Shown in pieces: positions 52,358 to 64,000 of a stretch of DNA of 64,000 nucleotides; position 1 is the first letter of the stretch, and every line of letters begins with the position of its first letter. The notes beneath the pieces were generated by a model that worked only from the letters and a program-made list of their open reading frames with translations, made no database searches and had not been told where the DNA came from. Origin of the DNA: Schmidtea polychroa (Eukaryota); assembly GCA_044892525.1 (NCBI GenBank), contig CM097885.1, forward strand, positions 18,106,001 through 18,170,000. Reading direction: 5' to 3'. A program made the position numbers and the translations under genes.

Positions 52358-52561
52358 CCACTTGCCTGGCGCGCGCTCAAAAATGTGTACCATTTCAGAC
52401 GAGCGCTCACATGTGAGCGCAAACTCATATAGAAAAAATATTGTCCTTTGAACTCGGAAAATTGAAAAAAAATATTTACGTTATATTTTGATTATATTAA
52501 TGATTTAAAAAAATAGTTTTTTTTTGACCGAAAACATGAAAAAAAATCGCCCGGCAAGTGG
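52358..52561. mobile_element. piggyBac-type MITE, copy B
   Basis: Duplicate of 28745..28948. Confidence 0.85.
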
Positions 52562-53502
52562 TTAAGTTACAAAACCAAATAACTGATCATAGTTATTATG
52601 AGATAATACAATGAGCTATTATAAATAACAATCTGAAATTACTTTCAAATGTTTGTTGCTGGAGAGAGCTGCAATTGTGTTTGAACACAGGGTTTTTGTT
52701 GACTTTACGCCTGCTAATGTTAAAGCTAGTTTTGAAAAGTCTAGCCATTTTGCGAAGTTCCATTTTCATAGGTGAAATAGTTAGGGATATTCGGTTTTGT
52801 GTTTATAATTAAATTTATAGAAAATGGGTTAAACTGAGGATAAGAATTGTCGTTCATTAGTGGAGTATTTTCTTCATTTATGTTTGTGGAGCCTTCGAAT
52901 GTTCGGTTGCCTTCTTGTCAAAAGAGGTTGTTTGCGTTTGTTTGTATTAGCTGTTAATGTTTGTTTATGTTCTAAAGAAATTAGTTTAATTCAGGATATG
53001 GCTTACTGTGTTCAGCCAAAAGTACCACTATTCTTAACACATCTATATTAGGTATCTATATTAGGGATTGTGGTCGAAAAATAAATTTCGCGAGTGTGTT
53101 TTGTATTTTTGCTTCTGAAACCAGTTATATTGTAAAATGTTTATGTCTACGTTTATAATGTATGTTATGTTATTAATGTTTGCTTGTAGAGTGAAGAGAT
53201 ATGTAGGGTCCAACAGAGTCTCATTTAAAACTTGTATTTAGATAGTTGGGGTGAATGTATATCTAATTTGTGTGCCTGTGTAGATTTTAAGAATGTGAAA
53301 AACAAATAAAAATTATTATCCATTTAACATAAAACGCACTGAAACAAATGTTTACAACTTTTATTGAAATAACAAAATAGAAAAAAACCTTTAGATTTGG
53401 ATCATAAACATATTTTTAGATTTCATCATTTTTTCTTTAAATTTGCATTCTTTTCTAAATCCTACTAGTATTTTTTTAATATTAACTTTTTTAATAATAT
53501 TT

Positions 53503-53637
<135 letters not shown>

Positions 53638-53808
53638 GTAGTATATAATGAGGACTCCAGGAATATAGGTCAATTGAATCATTTATTATTATTATTATTT
53701 TTTTTTAAATTAACATTTTATTTAATAAATTCCTTCTCCAAAAGTATTTAGAATTCAAAAAATATTGAAAACTAAAAAGGTCGGCAAGGATAAACAATAC
53801 TATGTCAA

Positions 53809-54882
53809 ATGGCATGGTTATCAAAACCCGTCATGGATATCAGCAAAAGACCTAGTAAAGTGAATTTTTATACTATTTTGCCGAGCAATAGTTGCTCATT
53901 AATTCATCCAGACAATCAAGCCAGTAAATTTATGGTCAATCTCCAGAATCCGATTTCTTTAAATGGTGACTGGGAAGTTGCACTGCAAGATTTTACATTC
54001 GTGTACAACACATTCCCATTTTATAGTCAATGTAAGATTGATTTCAAAAGGAATATTGTGAAAACATGTAGCGGTATCTTTATTATCAGTAATTATGATA
54101 AAACATATCATATTCCGAATCAAATATTAGATTCGCATTGCTATATGTTTTACAAGGATGGATTAAATATCAGTTGTGATTTTAAACCATTTACAATAAC
54201 ATTCGAAACTATTGAAGATGCCAAACGAATGGGTTGCAATAAGTTGAAAAATATTGTTACAGAGATCGAGTATTTATTACGTTTTAATCTATTTGAAGCA
54301 AACAGTGTAATGAAAGAAGAAATCAAAATATCGGTCTCGTATAATGATGAAGTTGAAGAATCATTTACCTTTGCTGATGAATTATATTTTGATAAACTCG
54401 ATGTATTACTTAAATATTTAAAGTTCAATTGTTCACACATATTTAAAAATTTGGAAATTGTGAAAGATTTGATGTTTACCTTCAGTTTGAATGATGATAT
54501 TTGCGAAGTTACATTTGATAAAAATTTGGCAAATTCACTTGGATTAGATAAGCAAAAATATCGAGAAAAATCGACTGGTATACGCAAACCAAGAATACTA
54601 GAACATCATCAACAAATGTTCATATATACTAACATTATCGAACCCATAATTGTTGGTGATTCCAATGTTCCTCTTTTGAAATCGGTATGGATTGGCAAAT
54701 ATGAACATGATGAAGTTGTCAATATAAATATCGATAATCCCATGTATTTACCAATAGCAAGTTCATGTATAAACAATATAGAAATAAATATTCGTGATGA
54801 TAGTGGAAAACTTATAAACTTTCCAAAAGGTTCAAAAACTCATTTGACATTACATTTTCGTAAAGTAGATGGCAAATTCTGA
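53809..54882 (+). CDS. Penton, copy C
   Basis: Duplicate of 30240..31313. Confidence 0.85.
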   Translation: MAWLSKPVMDISKRPSKVNFYTILPSNSCSLIHPDNQASKFMVNLQNPISLNGDWEVALQDFTFVYNTFPFYSQCKIDFKRNIVKTCSGIFIISNYDKTYHIPNQILDSHCYMFYKDGLNISCDFKPFTITFETIEDAKRMGCNKLKNIVTEIEYLLRFNLFEANSVMKEEIKISVSYNDEVEESFTFADELYFDKLDVLLKYLKFNCSHIFKNLEIVKDLMFTFSLNDDICEVTFDKNLANSLGLDKQKYREKSTGIRKPRILEHHQQMFIYTNIIEPIIVGDSNVPLLKSVWIGKYEHDEVVNINIDNPMYLPIASSCINNIEINIRDDSGKLINFPKGSKTHLTLHFRKVDGKF

Positions 54883-55232
54883 TATTATTAGTATGTATAG
54901 TGGTAGCCAATCTGGTGGCGAATTACCATATTTTATTGGTAAACAGTACGGATCGGGATGGTTGAGAACAATTGGTAGATTTGCATTGCCTATTCTTAAA
55001 CGTATTGGTAGTTTTGGTATGAAAACTGCAAAAGACGTTATTATGAATGAACAGAAAATATTACCATCTCTAAAAACAAATGCTTTAGCTGAATTAGGGA
55101 AAGTTTTACCAGGGGTTGCAGGTATGTTTCAAAAAATCTCCAGCTCCCGCTCCTGTTCCAAAACGTAAAAGACATGGAATATCACGTATAAACAAACGAA
55201 TGAAAGGACATGGAACTATATTTGCAAAATGA
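54869..55232 (+). pseudogene. Small core protein, copy C
   Basis: Duplicate of 31300..31663. Confidence 0.7.
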
Positions 55233-55353
55233 TTTGTGGTAAATCTGAATTATGTATATTTGATAGACCGTCGCCCCAGGCTGTAATAGAATTTGGGGCA
55301 TTTGAGGAAGTTTTTCCTATGAATTCAATTACCGATAGTAGAAATGATATAGA

Positions 55354-56976
55354 GTAAATCAAAGTACAGGAGAGACCCCTTTTTACTTGATGTATTTAAG
55401 GAAAAATAATATGCCGATTGATCTCAAATTCCAACCACCAATTTCACAATATATGGAGATACCCGATTATAAAGCAGGTTTGACAATAAAGCACAACCAA
55501 GAGAAATATAAAGAATCATACGATAAAAAAGCACATGCGCATGGCATAAAGATTGGAGATCTAGTATATCTGAACAGACCGGAACCTCTCAAAGGTTTAT
55601 CGCCTAAATTGCAAAGACCATTTAAAGGACCCTACAAAGTGTGCGACACCACCGAAACCAATTTGAAGTTATTACCATTCAGGAGTAAAAAGGCTAACCC
55701 GATGATTGTGCATGCAAATCGATGTAAACTAGTGCCAGAGGAAGATGAATCTAGATACCCCTTAAGATCCAAGCAGAATAAAGTAACGGGTCAAACAAAA
55801 TTGAAACAGAAATTCACGAAAAATCCAACACCAGTCAGCTACATCAATAAGATATTATATGTAGCAATAATGCTGATGTTAGTAACAGTTGCGAGCGGCA
55901 AAAAGATTGATTTACCATATGCGGTAAACAAAATCCGAGGAATGGAGAAAATACATATATATTCCACTCTAACAAATATAGTATGGAGCTGTAAATGCGA
56001 GATCGCAGACCAAATAGAAATTATTAATTTACTAGCCAATACGGCACCAGTGGTAGAACTGAATTATGATAAAGATATAGTTGCGGTACGAAAGTTAAAG
56101 CCAAATTACAAATACCAATGGCTGTTGAGACAGAACATGTCAAAGTGGTACACGCAAATTCCGATAGAAGTGCACACAAAAGAGATGCGAAACTTGATCG
56201 AGATAGAACCAGAGATAAACGGAATCAATATATATTGGAAGCCAGTGGACTTGGTGAAAGTGCGACTCACATTTCAAGGGTTAAATGTCGACACCCTTAA
56301 CTCGCGAAAATCATTTATCCGCTACGAGAAATTGAAAATGAATCAAAATTATTCAGTTAATGCAAACTACTACGAGAACATATGCCTCGAAAATGGAACG
56401 GTAGTGAGAAACCAATGGTCACGATTTAAGAGTGAGACCCAGTCTATCTATCTCAGAGACGAGTCAAATCGTATAACCCTTATATAGAAACGATATATAG
56501 TATAAACGATATATAGAAAATCAGGAAATGATGAAAGAGTTGTTATTATCTACAAACAAAAAACCCTGACTATATTAGATGCCGGTAATCATTTTTTTAC
56601 ACTTTACACTTCTGATTTAGAGACGGCATGGGAATTAACAGTTAAATATCAGCGATGGATAACCGATCCAGGCAGATGGCAAACAGTTTTCGTGGAAGTC
56701 AAGACAATCAATGAATCGAAACGAAAATCATATACAACCACATCACCTTTCCAATTACCGACCCAAGAGACGACAAAACCTAACTCAAACAAACTAATGA
56801 TGATAAATTCGGATTTGACAGTCAACTATTGTGAATATCTCATTTACATTTTAATAACAGGTTTTCTCATCTTATCAATAACATTCATAATCATCACCAT
56901 CTTGATATGTGTAAAAGAGAGACAACTAACTATCCTTCAACCACCATCATATTCATATTATGAGACAAGACTATAA
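55354..56976 (+). mobile_element. Gypsy integrase tail plus membrane protein, copy C
   Basis: Duplicate of 642..2264. Confidence 0.8.
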
Positions 56977-59900
56977 ATTGTGATCTGCATGAATAGTGTA
57001 TAAAAAAAAATATATATTACATTTATATTAACAATGTGCATGTTTTATAAGTACCATAGGATGAACTGTGTAATTTGTTTGAGATTCGAAGCGAGGTGTT
57101 GATGCTTTGCGAATAAAGAGTGATACAAAAAAAAATAACTATCATTTAATTTCAGAGAATGCAAGAAGCCTCGGAGATGACATGCAAAGAGTGTAAAACA
57201 AGTACGCAAGAACTAAAACAAAAGTTTCGTAGCATGCAGGGCAGAATAACAGATTTGGAGGAAGAAAACTTCCGTCTGAAAAGGCGGTTGGACCGTTTGG
57301 AAATCTTATTGTTTCAACACGAAGCCGATTTCGCGATGTTTCGAATGAGAGTAGAAGAAATGGAGGAATCGGAAGATGATGGTGAGATAAATCAATTAGA
57401 CTAAAAAAATAAATTATTTAAACGGACCCTGTTGGTGTTTTTTCGTCCTCGAGAAAAAAAAATAATAGTTAAATAATTATAAGTAAATTAACAAATAATC
57501 AAATGAATAAACAAATTGATATAAATAAATAAGTAAAAAAGTGATAAATTAAATGAATGAATAATAGATAAAAATGAACAAAGTTAAACGAGCAAATAGA
57601 ATAACTCAAATAAATGTTGCAAATAATGAAATGACTACCTTAAATGAGCATTAGAAATAAATAATATGGCTGATTAGTAATTAATGAATTAGCATAACTA
57701 TATAGCAATGGGTAACCCACTGGGCGAGAGAACAAAATTTTAAATAAGTAAGGAATAATTTAGTAGTAACAAAGACTAATCGCGAAGAGGGACACAATTA
57801 CCCCACCCTTTCTAGCATAAATTAAAAACAAAGGTATGCTGAACATTTATTCAAAGTTTATTCGTCATCAGAGTCCAACAGAACGGGACTTTGGATGCCA
57901 CAGTCCCATTCCCTGCGTACATTGCAAGGCGGGCGTCGTTCAAACCTACTGCCTGTATCCACACAGGCAAAGGTACGTTTCAATCCCTTTCGACGCGGTG
58001 GTAAAGGGACCCTGAAAAAGAAATTAAAAAAACCTGTTAGTATGGCAGTTAAATAACCATTGCATAACATCGAGATGTTCAAACTTAGGTTCTGGCACAG
58101 CCTAAAATAGTAAGGGTTGAAAAGAAAAAACGAAATAAATACTATGTAAAACTCCGTACCATGGCGCCCTCGACAAATAATTAGTGCAGGGAAGTAATTG
58201 ATTTTAAGAATTACGTAATAAATTAATAAGTATAAATACGGCTAAAATTGTCAGAAAAATACGAGTAGCTGTAATTAGAGGTTTGCTTTTAGTATAAATA
58301 CAAAATCAAAAATCAAAAATATATGACCCAAAACATGAGTGTAGGTAGTTGCATAAACAAATTAACGAATTAAAATTAAAAAGTAAATAAGTTAATTTAA
58401 TAAGCATCAATAAGTTAATTTAATATGCAACACGAGCACTTGCAATCACCGGGGTTTGGCTACCCTGGACAGCGATTGCAAGTGTTCGGTTACTATGAGG
58501 GTAGTTGAGGACAGCATGGTAAAAAGAATCACAAATACAAAAAATAACAAAAGATAGTTAATCACTTACGTCCATAGTAATTGAGGGATGGCGTTACTAA
58601 AATTCAAAGAAAAATATGAAAAAGAAAAATAAAATATAAAATGCTTACTTCAAGATTGGCAAGACAAAACTAACGAAAAGTGGTAAAGCAGAAACTTATA
58701 TAGAACGCTTATCAGTACAGACTACGTTGACAAACTACAGAGTAATTAATTAGAAAGCTTATCAGCACGGCTACGTAAGAAACCACAGGGTAATTAATTA
58801 TAGAGCCTATCGGTATCGGCTACGTCAAAAACCGCAGGATAAGAAAAAATTCATTCGGAATATTAATGTTCATCGCAGATACCTTATCAGGCTGAGTAAA
58901 CAGTCGGTCGGTGCGGGGGAGATTAACTTTTTACCATGCTGCGAGCGAAATAAACCAACAAGTTATTAATAACAAAAAAAAATTATTTTTAAATCATAAT
59001 ATTAATAATAATAGTAATAATGATGAAAGGAAAAAAAAAATAATAAAATAAATAAATTACCTTGCAACTGAGAATAAATTAGGCATATATTCTGCACATA
59101 AAAATCGATTTCCGCAATCAATAAAATAAAAAAAATTTTATCAGTGGTTTATCAAAATAAAAGCACCAGAAAATTCGAGTCACAATGGCTTCCAAAATTC
59201 AATATGCGCTCCCTAGAAATATTTAAAACCAACCAATTCTGTTATTGGGTTGAGCTAATTTTTGTTCCCGGGTCGATAATAAAATTTGCGGTTGTGTCTG
59301 ATAAGTAGAATGACTGACCAATCAGATTGAAATACATTCACCATTGGGATGAATTTTGAAGAAAATTGACACACACATACACGCAAGTGCACTCATTTAT
59401 AGATACACACAAAGAACCCCGATTAATGTACAAGTACCGTGAACTACTTAATCGTAAAGACACACACACAGACAGACACACAAGCATGATTCCAACAAAA
59501 TATAATTTAATTTAAAAATTTTTTTGAAACAACTAAATAACTTTTTATGATTGCAATTTTTTTATGAATTAATTATTCAAATCAAACTTTATTTTCATCT
59601 CAGAGAATTAAAATTTTTATGAGAATTTACGTGGATAATAAAATTAAAACAACTTTTGAATGTTAAATGAATATGTAGACCACATAATTTAGCTAATTGA
59701 ATGTCTTTAATTTGGCCATTTTGCTTCAATTTCCACTTTTGTATAAAGAAATTATATTAAATCAATTTCACCTTTAATACTTTTTCAGTGTTCTGTACCT
59801 CAGAATACTCAAATGAAATACTGTACGACACCATTTTTGAGTAATTCACATTTTGCGATTAAATAGTTTCATTTATTTTTAATTACCTCCTAATGAAGAT

Positions 59901-61111
59901 TTTTAAGTAAAATAATTTTCACTATGTTTTCAATTTTTTTTAAAATAATAATCTAATTAAAATATTTAATATGAATTAATCATAAAACTTAAATTTTTGA
60001 AGAAGTTTATGTTTCACGTAGATCATCAATTCTTAACATTCCTCAATCATTGCTTCTAACTGCATAGCATTCTGGAACCATATATTCATATCTCTAATAA
60101 ATTCATCATTTATTCTGAGAGAGGTTTTAACTACAATAACCTTACCAGACTGTCTTTGGTCTACTCGACCATTTGAAAGATCCTGAAAATGTCTAATATC
60201 AGATAATATCTTTAACTGTGTTTCGGATCAGAATTAAATAACTGTATCCTGAAAAAAAAAGGATCAGATAATATCCTAAAAATCAATGCCAACAGTAGAT
60301 ACGAAAGCTGACGTAAAACTATCACCAGCACAACGAAATAAAAATGAAGTTTTCCCAACTGAATTATTTTTAGCATACATTGTTGAACGTCTGGAATAAA
60401 ATTGGTGCGTGGTCCGCAAACGGTTAAATTGATTTCTTTCTTTTCTTCACAATGACTTGGTGAAACAGCTAAAAATTTACATCGATATAAATATTATATA
60501 ACCAAATTCGGGTGCCATTACAAAATTACCTAAAACAATCGGTCGCCGATAGTTGACTAACAAAATATATGAGGCATAATCAAGTTAAATATTATTTAAT
60601 AGTATATATTACATAAAAGTTTTTATAATCTTGTAAATGAAACCAAAAAAAAAATATTTCTTGCCAAATATTGATTCGATTGATAACATTGATCACATTT
60701 GGATATTCAGTCATATTATTTTTACACAAAATATATAAACCTAAATTCAAGTTGCAAAATTAAAATTGAAATCATGTTTCACTACCATTCAAAATACTAT
60801 CTTGATCAATGAACTCTTGGTAATATAAATAATATAAGCCTTGTTCGGTTCGGAACGAAATCAATTTTTCAACATCACTGATAAACTAATTACCAAAAAC
60901 GGAACACGATTTTCCAATAATTAAAATTTTAAACATAATCAGAGTTTTGATCTTGCTTTCTTGATTTTGGAATCGTAATAATCTGATCAGAACTAAATAA
61001 CTGTACTGTCAATCTGAGGGAAATTTCAAATACATATGGGAAATGGCTCAACGAATCACACGAAGAGGATTTATTCGTGCTCACAATTTTTCATTGGACT
61101 ATATTTGCAAA

Positions 61112-62333
61112 ATGATTTGTGGTAAATCTGAATTATGTATATTTGATAGACCATCGCCCCAGGCTGTAATAAAATTTGGGGCTTTTGAGGAAGTTTTTCC
61201 TATGAATTCAATTACCGATAGTAGAAATGATATAGAGTTTTATATTAATGGTTCGCAAACTGAATATTTAGATTTGAACGATACTTTATTGACTGTTCAG
61301 ATCAAGGTTGTAGATAAAGATAGAAAAGTTTTGGATGCCAATGCAGATGTAATACCGAACAATTTCCTGTTTCATACTCTTTTTAAATGCAGTGTTGGGA
61401 TTTAATAATATCAAGATTGAGGGTGGAAATAATACATTCATTCACAAGGCATTAATAGAAACTATTTTAAATTACAATTCCGATACTAAAAATACATGCC
61501 TTACTCCTATGGGTTATGCAGCAGCAGATGATGAAAGAAAAAAGTGGGTTAAAGGCTCAAAGGTTTTCACCATGTGCTCATCATTACAACTCGATTTTAT
61601 GGATCAACCGAAATATTTACTACCGGGAGTTAATGTACATATTAGACTGAAAAGGTCTGATTCTGTATTATCTCTTACTAGTGCAAATGGTGCACCAATA
61701 TGTCAATTAGTTGATGCAAAATTATTGTTGAGAAGAGTTAGAGTAGACCCCTTAGTATTAGCTGGTCATCAATTAGGTCTTAATTCAAAACATGCAATTT
61801 ATCCATTAAAAACAAAGGAAATTGTACAATTCGCTATTGCTAAAGGTGCTTCATCATTCTATAAAGAACAAATATTTGGTGACAGAAGAATGCCTAATTT
61901 TATTCTGATAACATTTCAAAGTGAAGCACAATATAATGGATCATATATTGCGTCCAGCTCAATTTTCAAAAACTTTGGTGTTACATCATTGACTTTGTCG
62001 AAAAATACTGATTATAGAGAAACATATATTCAAGATTTCGAAAATGACAATTACTGTGCGACATATATGCAGAGTATTGTTAGAAATCTGGGTTATTTAG
62101 ATAAAAATTTGAATTGTGGAATAACTCTAGAAGAATTTAAAAGCAAATACCCATTTTTTACATTTGTTTCAGCCCCTGATTTTGATTTAAATCAGAGTCA
62201 ATTACCTCAAAATGGAAATTTACGACTGGATATAAAGTTTGCAAAAGCTATTACTGAACCAGTACATGTTACAATATATGGAGTATTTGAAAATGAAATT
62301 CAAATTACTGCAAATAGAACTGTGTTGGTATAA
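61112..62333 (+). pseudogene. Hexon, copy C, same frameshift, one V>L change
   Basis: Duplicate; AKLLLRR versus AKLLVRR. Confidence 0.85.
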
Positions 62334-62360
62334 ATGTATATTGAAACACAAAAAGTTGTC

Positions 62361-62744
62361 ATGGAGTAAGTTTTTTTATACTGTTTAATTTATTAAAGTA
62401 GTTCTGTTCAGGTTAATCGAATTGGAAAACAAATATTGGGAAATGAATTTGTTGGAGTTTTTCCTCTTGATAAAATTCCATATTTGAGCAATAATCAAGC
62501 AATAATCGTCAATACTCAATCGTCTCATCTTGGTGGAGAACATTGGATAGCTATATATATGAAACCTGGTAATATATTCGTGTTCGATCCTATGGGTTTT
62601 TATTACCCAGCTTTGTTGATATCAAAACTACAAACAATGGGGAAACCTATCGTGTATAATAAAACTATGTTTCAAAATCCATTGACCCAAACATGTGGTC
62701 AACATTGTTTAGCTTGGTTGTTGTATAAAAAATTTGATGTTTAA
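62361..62744 (+). CDS. Adenain-like protease, copy C
   Basis: Duplicate of 7650..8033. Confidence 0.88.
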
Positions 62745-62780
62745 TAAATGTATCCTTTCCTTTGTTGTTGTGATTATTAA

Positions 62781-62820
<40 letters not shown>

Positions 62821-62874
62821 TTTTATTAAATTTATTATTATTATTATTAATATTATTATTAATATTATTATTAA

Positions 62875-62917
<43 letters not shown>

Positions 62918-64000
62918 TTCAAAAATATTATTATTTTAAATTAGGTTTATTATTATTTAGATAAATATTATTATCATTTTGTCATAAAGACATCACATGC
63001 ATGGAGCATGCACAGTGCATGTTAACAAAGGCATGACTAACAAAGGCAGTCACATGAAATTTCAATGTGATTACCAATGCATGCATGCATGTGTAGATGT
63101 AATATGATTGGTTTCTATGTGTGTGTGTCTAGATTCTCATTGGCTGGGACAGGAAAATATTCATTCTCTTTATAAACATTTACAAATCTAAAATTTGTCA
63201 CAATTTTTTAAATATTTCAAATTCTAAATTTCAACTATTAAAATTTTTCATAATGGCAAAGAATAACAACAACATATTAAGAAGTCTATTGACTAGTGGT
63301 AATTTTATTATTTATTTATTTATTATATTTTATTCTTTATTTTTTAGATGTGTTCGATTGGTATCAAGTTACTGAGGACGAAAGAATTCTGAATGTGGAT
63401 AAGATTTTTGGTAATTTTAATATTTTTACTGTTTATAAAATTAATTTTTCATTTAGATCCGATTTTTATTAGCGATGACGACGATGATGTCGTATTTATT
63501 GGGCAAACTAATGCCCCAGTTTCCTGTAAATTTTTCAATAAACAAAGTAAATTTATTTTATTTTAGTAAATTATTTTTAAAAAACATTTTAGAGTTAAAT
63601 GTCGATTTGGATGCAGATACCACAATTAATAATGATGAGGAAAACAATGTGGAAAATGCCCTCACTTTTATTGAGTAGAATAATGCCCTCACTTCTATTG
63701 AGGAGAATAATGCCTTCACTTTTATTGAGAAGAATAATGCCCTCACTTCTATTGAGGAGGTAGCTGATAATGAATCTGATTCCGACATGGAATCACGATG
63801 TTAGTATTTATTTATTTTTATATATTTATTTTTATATATTTATTTTTTAAAAACCTTTTAAATTTCTTAAATACTTTTAAACATTTTCTTAAAAACTTAT
63901 TTATAAAAACTTATTATGAAAATGAAGAAAATATTATGATGAAATTGAAAATGTTATGATGACTAAAATGATGAAAATATTATGAGGAAGAAATGATGAA

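Larger units (their letters stand above)
53638..64000. repeat. Tandem segmental duplication unit C (3'-truncated)
   Basis: Near-identical to 30069-~40430. Confidence 0.95.

Overview
AT-rich metazoan nuclear DNA (ETS gene, 36-58 nt spliceosomal introns) made entirely of a near-identical tandem segmental duplication: partial unit A (1-~30068), full unit B (~30069-53637) and partial unit C (~53638-64000). The repeat periods are 31143 and 23569 bp. Each unit carries a decayed Polinton/Maverick (adintovirus-like) morphogenesis module: integrase chromodomain tail, penton, small basic core protein, hexon and an intron-containing adenain protease. The module is interrupted by the 3' part of a Gypsy-type retroelement whose integrase frame runs directly into an unusual signal-peptide/FN3-like/TM membrane protein with a PPxY tail. 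Units A and B also hold an intronless FAAH-like amidase, a degenerate Penelope element with an inverted terminal repeat, a 7-exon ETS gene and a TTAA-flanked MITE. Unit A has an extra ~7.5 kb (second ETS copy plus pPolB remnants), and the single ETS gene of unit B is a chimera of the two unit-A copies. All family calls come from motif recognition by eye; no searches were run.
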